Assembly (NCBI GenBank): GCA_048203815.1
Contig: DBFBKG010000145.1
Coordinates: 2,220-66,219, forward strand
Length of the DNA stretch: 64,000 nucleotides
Direction: 5' to 3'
From: Collinsella sp.
GTDB taxonomy: Bacteria > Actinomycetota > Coriobacteriia > Coriobacteriales > Coriobacteriaceae
Shown here: positions 46,825 through 57,020 of the stretch, piece after piece
Layout: the number at the start of each line of letters is the position of its first letter
How positions within the stretch are numbered: the first letter of the stretch is position 1
Translations under genes and position numbers: made by a program
Notes under the pieces: generated by a model
Told to the model about the DNA's origin: nothing
Databases searched by the model: none
Seen by the model: only the letters and a program-made list of their open reading frames with translations

Positions 46825-48998
46825 CCTCCGCTGACCTCCTTAAAGATGTGTCGATACCGCGTGGCGACCGCGTCGCGCAAGGGGCGCGTTGCCACGGAGT
46901 CAAGATTGCAAGCATACCGCAAGAGCTCGACCGCGTCCAAATGGGCCCACTCGATCAATTCCTCGTCGGCATCGAGGTCAACAAAGCGCAAGGTCACGCC
47001 GCCATGCTGGCGGTAACCCAGGATTTCGCCCTCGTGGCGCAGACGCAGGTCCATCTGGGCGAGCGTAAAGCCGTCCGAGGTCTTCTCGAGTGACTGGAGG
47101 CGGTCTTGTGCCGCCGACGCGCCGCCGTTGCCCTTGGAGTGCGTCATGACCAGGCACGTACCCGACACGCTGCCGCGGCCTACGCGCCCGCGCAGCTGGT
47201 GCAAGGCCGCCAAACCAAAGCGCTCGCCGTTCTCGATGACCATGACGGTGGCGTTGGGCACGTCAACGCCCACCTCGACCACCGTGGTCGAGACGAGCAC
47301 ATCGATCTCGCCACGCTTAAAGGCATCGAGGACCCGGTCCTTCTCCCCCGCCGACATGCGGCCATGAAGACGCTCGATGGTAAGCCCCGGTAATGCCAGA
47401 CGAAGGCGATCGAGCTCGGTCGCCGTGTCATGCAACGGCACGGGCACGGTCACGCGGCCCTCGTCGTCGCGAGCGATGCCGGGTACGTCTTCGAGCTCAT
47501 CGGCCGAATCGCTCGGCTCCACGAGCGGACAGATCACGTAGGCTTGCTGCCCCTTTTCGTGCGCCTCGCGAATGGCGCCATAGGCCAGGTCGCGACTCGA
47601 CTCGGTGAGGACGCGCGTCTCAACGCCGGCACCCGGAACGGGACGATGGCGGATGATGCTCGTATCCAGGTCGCCGTACACCGAAAGCGCCAGCGTGCGA
47701 GGGATCGGCGTGGCAGTCATGACCAGCAAGTCGGCACCCGGGCCTTTTGCGCGCAGGGCGTTACGCTGACCCACGCCAAAGCGGTGCTGCTCGTCGATCA
47801 CCACAAGCGACAAATGCTTGAACGTGACGTTCTCCGAAAGCACCGCATGGGTACCAAAGAGCACGTCGAGCTCGCCAGACTGGAGCCGAGCATGAATCTG
47901 TTCACGCTCGGCCGCCGGCGTGGCGCCCGTCAGGAGCGCCCAGGTCATGCCAGCCTGCGAGAGCAGGGGGCCGGTCTTATCGGCATATTGACGCGCCAGC
48001 ACGCCCGTGGGCGCCATGACGCACGCCTGGGTGCCGCTATCGGCCGCAACCGCCAGTGCGCAGGCGGCAACGGCGGTCTTACCGGTACCGACGTCACCCA
48101 GCAGCAGACGGTTCATCACACGACCGCCATCGCACATGTCATGCAGGATGTCTTGAAATGCAGCCTCCTGCTCATCGCTCAGCGAAAACGGCAGGGCCTG
48201 TTTGAGCGCAGCCAAATGCTCGCCCGCGTCATGCGCATAAGGCACTACGTCGACCATACCGCCATCGTTGCGCAGACGCAGCGCGAGCTGCAGGCAGAGA
48301 CACTCCTCGTAGGCAAGACGCCGGCGTGCGATGACGCGCTCGGCCATGCTCGAGGGAAAGTGGATCGAGCGCAGCGCACGGGCATTGCTCATGAGCTTCC
48401 GCTTTGCGCGCAGCGGCGCGGGAATGGGATCGAACGGATTGGCGACCGCTTCGAGCGCACCGCTCACGATACGGCGCATCCATGCCTGACTCACGCCGTC
48501 ACTTACGTAGTGGACCGGCAAAATGGTACCCGCGGCGCGCCCGTCCTCGAGCTTTTCAAAGTGAGGCGAGGCCATCTGCTTAAAACCGTAGGCAAACTCG
48601 ACCTTGCCCATCACGGCCAGGCGGTCGCCCTGCTTAAGCTGTTGGGCAATCCAAGGCTGACGGAAAAAGGCAACCTGCAGCACGCCCGTCTCGTCCACGA
48701 GCGAGACCTCAGTCACCTGCATACGCGGACGGGGCTGCTTTTGAACGATACGATCGACCGTGGCGATGATGGTGCACACGGTACCGATGGGCGCCATCTC
48801 GATGGACCACGAGCGAGTGAAGTCCAGGTAGCGATGAGGAATATGGAGAAGGAGGTCCCCCACCGTCCGTATCCCCAGACGGCGAAGGGCCTCCTCACGT
48901 TTACCCGAAACATATTTGAATCGCGCGATATCCTCGTCGAGCGCATTGCTCTGGGCAAAGCGCTCCGAGACGCGCGGCACGGAGCACAGCTCGGACAT
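46821..48998 (-). CDS. recG: ATP-dependent DNA helicase RecG
   Basis: GDVGTGKT, DEQHRFG, MTATPIPRT, HQLRGRVGR. Confidence 0.96.
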   Translation of the reverse strand: MSELCSVPRVSERFAQSNALDEDIARFKYVSGKREEALRRLGIRTVGDLLLHIPHRYLDFTRSWSIEMAPIGTVCTIIATVDRIVQKQPRPRMQVTEVSLVDETGVLQVAFFRQPWIAQQLKQGDRLAVMGKVEFAYGFKQMASPHFEKLEDGRAAGTILPVHYVSDGVSQAWMRRIVSGALEAVANPFDPIPAPLRAKRKLMSNARALRSIHFPSSMAERVIARRRLAYEECLCLQLALRLRNDGGMVDVVPYAHDAGEHLAALKQALPFSLSDEQEAAFQDILHDMCDGGRVMNRLLLGDVGTGKTAVAACALAVAADSGTQACVMAPTGVLARQYADKTGPLLSQAGMTWALLTGATPAAEREQIHARLQSGELDVLFGTHAVLSENVTFKHLSLVVIDEQHRFGVGQRNALRAKGPGADLLVMTATPIPRTLALSVYGDLDTSIIRHRPVPGAGVETRVLTESSRDLAYGAIREAHEKGQQAYVICPLVEPSDSADELEDVPGIARDDEGRVTVPVPLHDTATELDRLRLALPGLTIERLHGRMSAGEKDRVLDAFKRGEIDVLVSTTVVEVGVDVPNATVMVIENGERFGLAALHQLRGRVGRGSVSGTCLVMTHSKGNGGASAAQDRLQSLEKTSDGFTLAQMDLRLRHEGEILGYRQHGGVTLRFVDLDADEELIEWAHLDAVELLRYACNLDSVATRPLRDAVATRYRHIFKEVSGG

Positions 48999-49007
48999 AG
49001 GCAGAGC

Positions 49008-50669
49008 CTACTCGATCGAGAAGATCACGGGATAGAGCGGCTGCTCGCCACGATGGGCGTCGATCTCCAGATCGGGCTGAGCCTCCTCAATAGCGTCGAC
49101 GATCTCCTGGAAGGCCTCGTCGGACAGCTCCTCGCCGGCCAGAATCGTCAGCGCGTCGCCCTCCTCTTCCTCCTGCATGCGGTTGATGCAGTCGAGCGTG
49201 ACCTGCTTCACGTCAGAGCCGACCACATCGATGGAGCCGGCGATGATACCCATGACGTCACCGGAGTGAATCGGCGAGCCGTCAGAGGCGCTGGAATCGC
49301 GCACGGCACGGGTCACCTCACCATCGCGGACCTCGCTGATGGCGTCGACCATGGCGGCAACGGCATCCTCGAGCTCGGAATCGGGCAGGACCGCGAACAG
49401 CGCGGAGAAGGCCTGCGGGACGGTCTTGGTGGGAACGACGGCAACCTTCTTGTCGGTGCAGGCGGAGGCAGCGGCCTCGGCAGCCATGCGGATGTTGCCG
49501 TTGTTGGGCAGGATGATGACCGAGGTCGCGTTGACCTGGTCGACGGCGCCCAGCAAGTCGGCGGTCGAGGGGTTCATGGTCTGGCCACCCGACACGATCA
49601 CATCGACGCCGAGGGACTTGAGGATGTCGGCCTCACCAGAGCCAGCCGCAACGGCGACAAAGCCCAGGGCCTTCGCAGGCACGGCGACCTTCTCCTGGTC
49701 CTCGTGGATCTTAGCGGTACGGTCGTGGGCCTCCATCTCCATGTTGTGGATAAAGACCTCATAGATCTGACCGAGCTGCAGCATGTGCTCGAGCACCAGG
49801 TTGGGGGTGTTGGAGTGCACGTGGATCTTGTAGTCGGGGTAGGCGCCCACGAGCAGCTCACAGTCGCCCATAGAACCCAGGAACTTCAGGCACTCGTCCT
49901 CGTCAAAAGGAGCGTCGGCCTTAAAGAGGAACTCGTTGCAGTAACGGAACTCCGAGCCCTCCCAGTCGTCGTTAGCCTCGATCTCAACACGGCCAAGAGC
50001 GGCATCGCGAGCAGAGCCGGCGGAATCGAACGTAGCGGAGAAATCCTCGACCACGGTGCTGCGGCCAAGAGCAGCGGCAACAAAGTTCTCCAAGAAGATG
50101 GCAAAGCCAAAGGCGCCGGAGTCGACCACGCCGTTCTCCTTGAGGACGGGCAGCAGGTCGGGTGTGCGGGCGACGGACTGGTAGGCCTCGACGACGATGG
50201 CGTCAAGCGCATCCTCGGCAGAGAACTTCTTCTTCTCGCACTCGTCTGCCTTGGTCGAAACATCACGCAGGACCGTGAGAATCGTGCCTTCGATGGGCTT
50301 ACGAACAGCCTGGAAGGCAACCTTGACGGCACGGCGGAAGGCGAAGGCGATATTGGCGGACGTAATGGGCTCATCGGCAGAGACAAGGCCCTCGGCCACA
50401 CCGCGCAGAATCTGCGAGGTGATGACACCGGAGTTGCCGCGGGCGCCCATCAGGGAGCCGTGGGTGATGGCGCCAGCAATGGCCCCCATGTCGGCATCGG
50501 CGGGAAGGGCAGAAAGCTCCTTGGTCACCGAGGCGAGCGTGAGCGACATGTTGGTGCCGGTGTCACCGTCGGGTACGGGGAAGACGTTGAGCTTGTTGAT
50601 CTCCTCGGCCTTTTCGGAAACGGCAGCCGCAGCGATCGGAAAACAGGTGCGAATGGTCTTTGCAATCAT
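49008..50669 (-). CDS. DAK2-domain fatty acid kinase A (FakA/YloV-like)
   Basis: LNVFPVPDGDTGTNM, GARGNSG, GGQTMNPS, ILPNN. Confidence 0.94.
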   Translation of the reverse strand: MIAKTIRTCFPIAAAAVSEKAEEINKLNVFPVPDGDTGTNMSLTLASVTKELSALPADADMGAIAGAITHGSLMGARGNSGVITSQILRGVAEGLVSADEPITSANIAFAFRRAVKVAFQAVRKPIEGTILTVLRDVSTKADECEKKKFSAEDALDAIVVEAYQSVARTPDLLPVLKENGVVDSGAFGFAIFLENFVAAALGRSTVVEDFSATFDSAGSARDAALGRVEIEANDDWEGSEFRYCNEFLFKADAPFDEDECLKFLGSMGDCELLVGAYPDYKIHVHSNTPNLVLEHMLQLGQIYEVFIHNMEMEAHDRTAKIHEDQEKVAVPAKALGFVAVAAGSGEADILKSLGVDVIVSGGQTMNPSTADLLGAVDQVNATSVIILPNNGNIRMAAEAAASACTDKKVAVVPTKTVPQAFSALFAVLPDSELEDAVAAMVDAISEVRDGEVTRAVRDSSASDGSPIHSGDVMGIIAGSIDVVGSDVKQVTLDCINRMQEEEEGDALTILAGEELSDEAFQEIVDAIEEAQPDLEIDAHRGEQPLYPVIFSIE

Positions 50670-50696
50670 GAGTGGTGAAATCTCCGTATTCGGATG

Positions 50697-51053
50697 CTAG
50701 TTCAGACGGCTCTTGAGCGCGTCGATGTGAATGCCGATCTTAAGGCTGGCGGGATCGATTTGAGCGATCTCCTGCAGGGTGAAGGCGACGGAGCTCGAAA
50801 GATTGTGGCAGACGGACTTCATGTTGACGCCGTTCTCGAGCACGACGTGAAGGTCGACCGTAAGGCCGTTCTCGTCGGCGGAAACAAGCACGCCCTTGCG
50901 GAGGCGCTGGCCGGCAAGCAGGCGCACGCTCTCGGCGCCCTGGAGCTGCTCAGCCATATCGACGACGCCGTAGCAGGTCATTGCGGCATAACCGGCAATA
51001 TCGGCAATAACGTCGTTCGAGACGCTCAGGCTGCCGTTAATGGTCTCAGACAC
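50697..51053 (-). CDS. Asp23/Gls24 family protein (YloU-like)
   Basis: VIADIAGYAAMTCYGVVDMA, VDLHVV; upstream of DAK2; GTG start after an AAGGAG SD. Confidence 0.9.
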   Translation of the reverse strand: MSETINGSLSVSNDVIADIAGYAAMTCYGVVDMAEQLQGAESVRLLAGQRLRKGVLVSADENGLTVDLHVVLENGVNMKSVCHNLSSSVAFTLQEIAQIDPASLKIGIHIDALKSRLN

Positions 51054-51211
51054 AAGAATCTCCTTTTCTGGTGCTCGCGGCACCATGTCGTGGGAGCAAT
51101 CATTCCAACATTCTACAACGAGCGCGCCATGTTGAGGTGGCGGGGTTCGCGATTACATCCTCGACACGAAATGTTGATACGGTAACGTTCGCCACAGGCG
51201 ATCGCGGCATG

Positions 51212-51241
51212 AAAAAACCCGCCGCATAAGCGACGGGTTTT
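51212..51241 (-). terminator. tRNA-Asn terminator
   Basis: AAACCCG-CGC/GCG-CGGGTTT stem with T6. Confidence 0.8.
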
Positions 51242-51247
51242 ACAACC

Positions 51248-51322
51248 TGGCTCCCCGGGTAGGACTCGAACCTACAACAGCGCGGTTAACAGCCGCGTGC
51301 TCTACCATTGAGCTACCGAGGA
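51248..51322 (-). tRNA. tRNA-Asn (GTT), CCA encoded
   Basis: Acceptor TCCTCGG/CCGGGGA, D arm GCTC/GAGC, anticodon arm CGCGG-CTGTTAA-CCGCG, T loop TTCGAGT, GCCA end. Confidence 0.98.
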
Positions 51323-51352
51323 ATAGGTGCGTGCTCACAAGCAACGAAGTTT

Positions 51353-51380
51353 ATTATACGGACGATTGGACGAAGGGCAA
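51353..51380 (-). promoter_or_regulatory. Housekeeping promoter of tRNA-Asn
   Basis: TTGCCC-N16-TATAAT with an AT-rich UP-like tract upstream. Confidence 0.75.
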
Positions 51381-51407
51381 GAACTTTTTTAAGAAATTTT
51401 CCGACCC

Positions 51408-51461
51408 AGTCATTGGGGACGTTCTTAAACGACTAGTCATTCAAGAACGTCCCCAACGACT
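51408..51461. repeat. Inverted doublet of 27-bp REP-like type B units
   Basis: AGTCATTGGGGACGTTCTTAAACGACT followed by its inverted copy (3 mismatches), centred on CTAG. Confidence 0.8.
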
Positions 51462-51469
51462 ACATGAAA

Positions 51470-51499
51470 GCGCCCCCAAGCGGATGTGCTTGAGGGCGC
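51470..51499 (-). terminator. rpoD terminator
   Basis: GCGCCC-CAAGC/GCTTG-GGGCGC hairpin followed by TTT on the minus strand. Confidence 0.6.
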
Positions 51500-51510
51500 C
51501 TCTTGCTTGA

Positions 51511-52851
51511 CTAGCTTTCGATGTAGTCTTTCAGCTTGCTGCTGCGGCTCGGGTGACGGAGCTTGGCCAGGGTCTTGGACTCGATCTGGCGGATACGCTC
51601 GCGCGTGACGCCAAACTCGCGACCGACTTCCTCGAGCGTGCGGGGATGTCCGTCAACGAGACCAAAGCGCAGCTCGATAACCTTGCGCTCACGATCGGCA
51701 AGCGAATCGAGCACCTGGGTGAGCTGCTCCTGCAGCATGGAGAAGCTGGCGGCATCGGGCGGAACGATAGCCTGGGAGTCCTCGATGAAGTCGCCCAGCT
51801 GGGAATCCTCTTCCTCACCGATCGGGGTCTCGAGCGACACAGGCTCCTGCGAAATCTTCTGGATCTCGCGGACGCGGTCGGCGCTCATGTCCATCTCGGC
51901 ACCGATCTCCTCAGGGGTCGGGTCGCGACCCAGATCCTGGAGGAGCTGGCGTTGCACGCGGACGAGCTTGTTGATGGTCTCGACCATGTGCACGGGAATA
52001 CGGATGGTACGGGCCTGGTCGGCAATAGCGCGCGTAATGGCCTGACGGATCCACCACGTGGCGTACGTGGAGAACTTAAAGCCCTTCTGGTAGTCGAACT
52101 TCTCGACGGCGCGGATCAGACCGAGGTTGCCCTCCTGGATCAGATCCAGGAACAGCATGCCACGGCCGACATAGCGCTTGGCGATGGAGACGACCAGACG
52201 CAGGTTTGCGCTGATGAGCGCCTGCTTGGCCTCAAGACCAACATTCTCAATACGCGTAAGTCGACGCATCTCGGAGCGTGTGAGTTCAATCTCGCCTGCA
52301 TCGGCAGCCTCGAGCTTCTCGGTAGCCTCGAGACCGGCCTCGATCTTCATGGCCAGATCGACCTCTTCAGATGCGGTCAGCAGGTCGACCTTACCGATCT
52401 CCTTGAGGTACATACGAACCGGGTCGCCGGTCAGCATCACCGTGGAGGCATCGATGCCGCGCACGCGCGAACGCGAACGGGACGTGCGCACGGTGCGCTT
52501 CTTCTTGCTCTTGGAAGAGCCCATCTCGGCATCGGCCTGGCGGGCCATCTTAAGCTCGTGATCGTCAAGCGAGCCGGAATCGTGCTCGTCATCGTCGAAA
52601 TCGTCGGTATCGTTATCGTCATCGTCGACGTCCATCGGGGCGTCGTCGTTTCCGCTCGCGGAGATAATCTGGATGCCGCTGTTGCGCAGCGCGGAATACA
52701 CCGCGTTGAGCTGCTCATCAGTAACATCGATATCCTTCAGGGCGACCTGAATCTCGTCCTCGGTTACCGAAGTCCTGTTTGAGCCGTTGCCCATGAGCTT
52801 TGCAACGTAGGATTCCAGCCCAGTACCCGTGCTCTCAGTCTTTTTTGGCAC
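51511..52851 (-). CDS. rpoD: Primary sigma factor
   Basis: [48 protein letters not shown]. Confidence 0.98.
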   Translation of the reverse strand: MPKKTESTGTGLESYVAKLMGNGSNRTSVTEDEIQVALKDIDVTDEQLNAVYSALRNSGIQIISASGNDDAPMDVDDDDNDTDDFDDDEHDSGSLDDHELKMARQADAEMGSSKSKKKRTVRTSRSRSRVRGIDASTVMLTGDPVRMYLKEIGKVDLLTASEEVDLAMKIEAGLEATEKLEAADAGEIELTRSEMRRLTRIENVGLEAKQALISANLRLVVSIAKRYVGRGMLFLDLIQEGNLGLIRAVEKFDYQKGFKFSTYATWWIRQAITRAIADQARTIRIPVHMVETINKLVRVQRQLLQDLGRDPTPEEIGAEMDMSADRVREIQKISQEPVSLETPIGEEEDSQLGDFIEDSQAIVPPDAASFSMLQEQLTQVLDSLADRERKVIELRFGLVDGHPRTLEEVGREFGVTRERIRQIESKTLAKLRHPSRSSKLKDYIES

Positions 52852-52961
52852 AGATTCTCCCTTCGTAGTCCACAGGACTCAATACTTTAGCACACACGTA
52901 GACGTCTATACCCAAAATAAAGACAGTATATAGGCGAGAATACGCTGGTTGACCACAACAT

Positions 52962-55076
52962 CTAGGCCTGATCGGCACCTGCGGTCTCCAAACCGATCAA
53001 ACGGAACGGGTCGGCCACGCCACCGATCGACTTTTGGAGCTCGCGCTGGCGCTGCGAATCTTGCATCGCCTGCATCGTCAGCACGCGACGGGCCTCATCG
53101 TCGAGTGAACGGTCCTGGCGCAACTTGGCCTGCGCGGCTCGCATGCGACGTTTGATGGTGTAGAGCTCGAGCGTATCGAGCATAAAGACGATGTTCGTCT
53201 CGGTCGGGTGCTTGCTCGTCGCCGAAATGCGCCCGGCGCTGACAAGGGAGGCCGCCTCGGGACACACCGCGCGCGCCGCATCCATGCAGGCCGCAGGATC
53301 GGTGCCCGGCGGCGTCGCCAGCACGGCCCACGCAATGGACTCGTGACGCGGATCGACCCACTCGATAGAACAAATGCGATCGGCATACGTGCGGAACAAA
53401 TCGGGGTAGCTCGTGAGCATCGTCAGCAGCTCGCGCTCCCCCGCCAGGGATTTCCGCTCCAGATCGGTCAAAACAACCGGCATCGACGGAGCTGCCGCCG
53501 CGCTTGAACTATCGACAACGGACGCAGCGCTTTCCACCCCCGCCGGCACATCGATTGGTGGCAGATCCTCGTCGACCTCAACCGGCGCGGCCCCATAGGC
53601 ATCAAGCGGAACGTAGTCGTACGGGTCCTCCTCGACCGGTGCGGACACCGGCGGCGTCGCACCCGCGGCCCAGGCACTGCGAGACGTCCCCTGCGAACCA
53701 GACGCCCGACCGCTCGCACTGCCCGCGCGCTCAGCTTGCGCGCGTTGACGCTCGTAGTTCTGCTCACGACGGCGCTCCGCATCCTCGCGCTTAGCGACAT
53801 CGCGAAACACACGGCCCGAACTCGCGCGCACGGTCTCCAGGTCCAAACCCAACAGGTCGGCAATCTGAATAAAGTACGTGTCGATCATATAGCTGTCGCG
53901 CAGCGGATAGATGAGCGTCAGCGCATCCTCGAGCGCTTTGGCGCGACCGCCCGGCGTGGTAATGTCGCTCGACTCCTGCAGCGAACGATAGACAAAGTCC
54001 ATGAGGGGCTCGGCCGCGTCAATGCGCGCCTGCAGTGCCTCGCCACCATGCGCCGCGATGAACTCCATGGGGTCGTTGCCGTCAGGCAGCACCACGCAGC
54101 GCAGGTCCATCGAATCCTGCTCGATAAACTGAATCGCGCGGCGCGCGGCCTTTTGACCGGCGGCGTCGCCATCGAACATATATACAATGCGCTTGGCAAA
54201 GCGGGTGAGTGTCTTAACGTGGTGTTCCGTCAGCGCCGTGCCCAGCGTGGCGACGACGTTTTTGATCCCTGCCTCCCAGCAGGCGATGCAGTCGGTATAC
54301 CCCTCCACCACGATGGCGGTATCCTGCGCAACGATAAACTCCTTGGCCCAGTTAAAGCCGTAGAGGTTTCGCTTTTTATGAAACACGCTCGTCTCGGCGG
54401 TGTTGAGGTACTTGGGCTGACCATCGCCCATGATGCGCCCGCCAAAGGCGATATTGTGACCCTGCTCATCAAAGATGGGAAACATCACACGGTCGTAAAA
54501 GCGGTCCGCGAGCTGTCCGCGCCCGCGGCTCACGGCCACGTTGGCGTCGATCATCTCCTGCGGGGTAAAGCCCGCCTGAGACAGGTGCGAAACCAGCGCG
54601 TTGCGACCCGGCGCAAAACCCAGGCAGTAGCGTCGACAGACATCGCCACCCATACCGCGGCTGGCAAAGTACTCGCGCGGACGGCTGTCCTTACCGCGCA
54701 TAAGCATGGTGTGGTAGAACTGAGCCGTCTCAGCGCACAGGTCATAGATGCGGGCACGCTTGGTGCCTCGATCGCGCTGCGCACCGGTATCGTGCAGTTC
54801 AATGCCCGCACGGTCGGCCAAATAGCGGATCGACTCGGGAAAACTCAGGTTCTCGCGCTTCATGATATAGGTAAAGACGTCGCCGCCCTCGCCGCAGCCA
54901 AAACAGTGCCACACCTGCGTAGCAGGGATAATGTGAAACGATGGGGTCTTTTCGCCATGAAACGGGCAGCAGCCCCAAAACTCATGGCCGCGGGGCTTGA
55001 GCTCAACCGTTTCCTGCACGATGGCAACCAAGTCTGACGCCGCGCGTACCTGATCTTTTTCCTCATCGCTAATCAC
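52962..55076 (-). CDS. dnaG: DNA primase
   Basis: CPFHGEKTPSF..HCFGC zinc finger, PKYLNT, VVEGYTD, FDGDAAG TOPRIM. Confidence 0.97.
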   Translation of the reverse strand: MISDEEKDQVRAASDLVAIVQETVELKPRGHEFWGCCPFHGEKTPSFHIIPATQVWHCFGCGEGGDVFTYIMKRENLSFPESIRYLADRAGIELHDTGAQRDRGTKRARIYDLCAETAQFYHTMLMRGKDSRPREYFASRGMGGDVCRRYCLGFAPGRNALVSHLSQAGFTPQEMIDANVAVSRGRGQLADRFYDRVMFPIFDEQGHNIAFGGRIMGDGQPKYLNTAETSVFHKKRNLYGFNWAKEFIVAQDTAIVVEGYTDCIACWEAGIKNVVATLGTALTEHHVKTLTRFAKRIVYMFDGDAAGQKAARRAIQFIEQDSMDLRCVVLPDGNDPMEFIAAHGGEALQARIDAAEPLMDFVYRSLQESSDITTPGGRAKALEDALTLIYPLRDSYMIDTYFIQIADLLGLDLETVRASSGRVFRDVAKREDAERRREQNYERQRAQAERAGSASGRASGSQGTSRSAWAAGATPPVSAPVEEDPYDYVPLDAYGAAPVEVDEDLPPIDVPAGVESAASVVDSSSAAAAPSMPVVLTDLERKSLAGERELLTMLTSYPDLFRTYADRICSIEWVDPRHESIAWAVLATPPGTDPAACMDAARAVCPEAASLVSAGRISATSKHPTETNIVFMLDTLELYTIKRRMRAAQAKLRQDRSLDDEARRVLTMQAMQDSQRQRELQKSIGGVADPFRLIGLETAGADQA

Positions 55077-56076
55077 GGATACTCACCCCCTGCTCACCCA
55101 AGTTATGACGGATATCGTCGATATTACCCTCGACGGTCGCGATAAGCTCGTCCAGGGAATCGAACACGCGAGACGGACGCAGCCAGCGCGTAAACGCCAG
55201 CGACACGGAAGCGCCATACAGGTCGCCCGCATAGCCGATCAAGTTGGCCTCGAGATGCGCCGAGGCGGCATCATCGGCATAGGTCGGCGGCAGGCCGACG
55301 TTAACGGCAGCAGGCCATACGGTATCGTCGACCAGCACCAGACCCTCATAGACGCCATCGGCAGGCACTTGGATGCCGTCGAGCACCTGGATGTTTGCCG
55401 TGGGAAAGCCCATGTCGGAGCCCTCGTGACGGCCAGCCGCCACAACGCCGCGCAGCATATAGGGACGGCCGAGAAGCTCTGCGGCCAGCTCCACATGACC
55501 CTGACCCAGCTCATGGCGGATGCGCGTGGCGCAGATGGTCTGCCCGTTAACGCAGAGCAGGTCGTGACCGTAAACGTCAACCCCACGCTCAGTGCCCCAG
55601 GCGCGCATCTCGGCAACGCCCGAAGCGCCGCCGCGGCCGAGCCTAAAGTCGCTGCCTACACGAATGGAGCGAATGTCGACAACGCGCGACAACAGCGCCA
55701 GAAACCCGACATGGTCGAGTGCCGCCACGGCGGACGTAAAGGGGACGGCCACCACCGCATCGACCCCAGTTTGAGCCAGGGCATGCAGGCGGTCGGCCGT
55801 CGTCATCAATTTTTGGGCGGGCGACGGACTCACCACGACGTCCGGATCAGGATCGAAGGTGACCACGACCGCTTTGCTGCCGTGATCATGTGCATCGCGA
55901 ATAACCGCTTCGATCAGCTCTTGGTGCCCACGATGCACGCCATCAAACACGCCAATGGCGATCGACGCGGCACCCAAGAACTCGCACCCATCAAATGCAT
56001 CGGCAGAAACGATACGGGCCTCATCCAACTCACCCGCGAAAAAGATACGCGCGAGCTCGCGGGGCGCCAGCATCAT
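55069..56076 (-). CDS. ribF: Bifunctional riboflavin kinase/FAD synthetase
   Basis: GVFDGVHRGH, GSDFRLG, GFPTAN, GVY, NVG..PT. Confidence 0.95.
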   Translation of the reverse strand: MMLAPRELARIFFAGELDEARIVSADAFDGCEFLGAASIAIGVFDGVHRGHQELIEAVIRDAHDHGSKAVVVTFDPDPDVVVSPSPAQKLMTTADRLHALAQTGVDAVVAVPFTSAVAALDHVGFLALLSRVVDIRSIRVGSDFRLGRGGASGVAEMRAWGTERGVDVYGHDLLCVNGQTICATRIRHELGQGHVELAAELLGRPYMLRGVVAAGRHEGSDMGFPTANIQVLDGIQVPADGVYEGLVLVDDTVWPAAVNVGLPPTYADDAASAHLEANLIGYAGDLYGASVSLAFTRWLRPSRVFDSLDELIATVEGNIDDIRHNLGEQGVSIRD

Positions 56077-57005
56077 CGAACACCGCCGATCGCCTGCGGA
56101 AAGACGTGCTCCATAACAAAACGGCCGCCCTCGATACGAGCAAGCGCCTTCAATCCCCCATCGAGCACGAGCGCGAATGGCGCCTTCGCCGTATCGAAGT
56201 CCGCAAGCGCACGTTCAACGGGAACGCGGCGGCCACAAAGCAGGTCGTCTGCAAGATTACCCGGCAAATCGACACGCGTGGCACCTAGGGCGGCGATGGG
56301 ATCCAGAGCGAAACCGGCAGCGGTCTCGGCAGAGAGCTCCTCTACCGCATGACAGGCGCCAATGGAAACCACGCCGGAGGCCGTACGGCGCAGCGCGGAA
56401 ATATGTGCAGCGCTATCGCAGGCACGACCCAGATCGCGAGCGAGCGCGCGAATGTAGGTGCCTTTGCTTACCGAAAACGCCACGGTCCAGACGCACGTAT
56501 CGCCCTCGCCGCCCACGGCGATCAGGTCGGCGGCATAGACCTCGACGGGGCGCGGGGGCAACTCAACCGCATTGCCCTCGCGAGCACTCTTATAGGCGCG
56601 AACGCCATTGACCGAGATGGCCGAAAAAGCTGGCGGCACCTGCAACTGCGGGCCAAGCATAGCGGCCAGCTGCTCACGGGCGTAAGCGAAATCGTGCAGC
56701 TCGGGGGCAACGGGCACCGTGCGAACGGCCTCGCCCTCCGCGTCATCGGTGTTGGTCTCGACGCCAAACGAAATGTCGGCGACATAACTTTTGGTATCGA
56801 GAGTTAGCATGCCCAGCAGACGGGTCGCCTGGCCCACGCCCACCACCATGACACCCGAGGCCATGGGGTCGAGCGTACCGGCATGGCCGATGCGTCGCTC
56901 ATGGAGAGCGCGTCGGCACTGCGATACCACGTCGTGGGACGTACAGCCCACCGGCTTATCGACGGCGAGCAGCATATTCAATTGAGAAGGCGTACGACGA
57001 GCCAT
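56073..57005 (-). CDS. truB: tRNA pseudouridine(55) synthase
   Basis: DKP.G.TSHDVV, GHAGTLDP, QVPPAFSA, SKGTYIRALARD. Confidence 0.97.
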   Translation of the reverse strand: MARRTPSQLNMLLAVDKPVGCTSHDVVSQCRRALHERRIGHAGTLDPMASGVMVVGVGQATRLLGMLTLDTKSYVADISFGVETNTDDAEGEAVRTVPVAPELHDFAYAREQLAAMLGPQLQVPPAFSAISVNGVRAYKSAREGNAVELPPRPVEVYAADLIAVGGEGDTCVWTVAFSVSKGTYIRALARDLGRACDSAAHISALRRTASGVVSIGACHAVEELSAETAAGFALDPIAALGATRVDLPGNLADDLLCGRRVPVERALADFDTAKAPFALVLDGGLKALARIEGGRFVMEHVFPQAIGGVR

Positions 57006-57020
57006 GTACCATCCAAAAAG

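Noticed and set aside
47430..50678. 1082-aa plus-strand ORF, and similar long ORFs at 10912-13644, 23847-26738, 28756-30765 and 58608-61232
   Set aside because: Antisense shadows of recG/DAK2, alaS, ileS, ftsH and infB produced by GC-rich codon bias; no recognisable motifs
51054..51322. tRNA-Asn as an occupied integration site
   Set aside because: No integrase and no duplicated tRNA 3' end seen; core genes on both sides
52908..52932. SigB/F-type promoter at rpoD (GGGTAT)
   Set aside because: No matching -35 at the expected spacing; TATACT nearby fits a housekeeping -10
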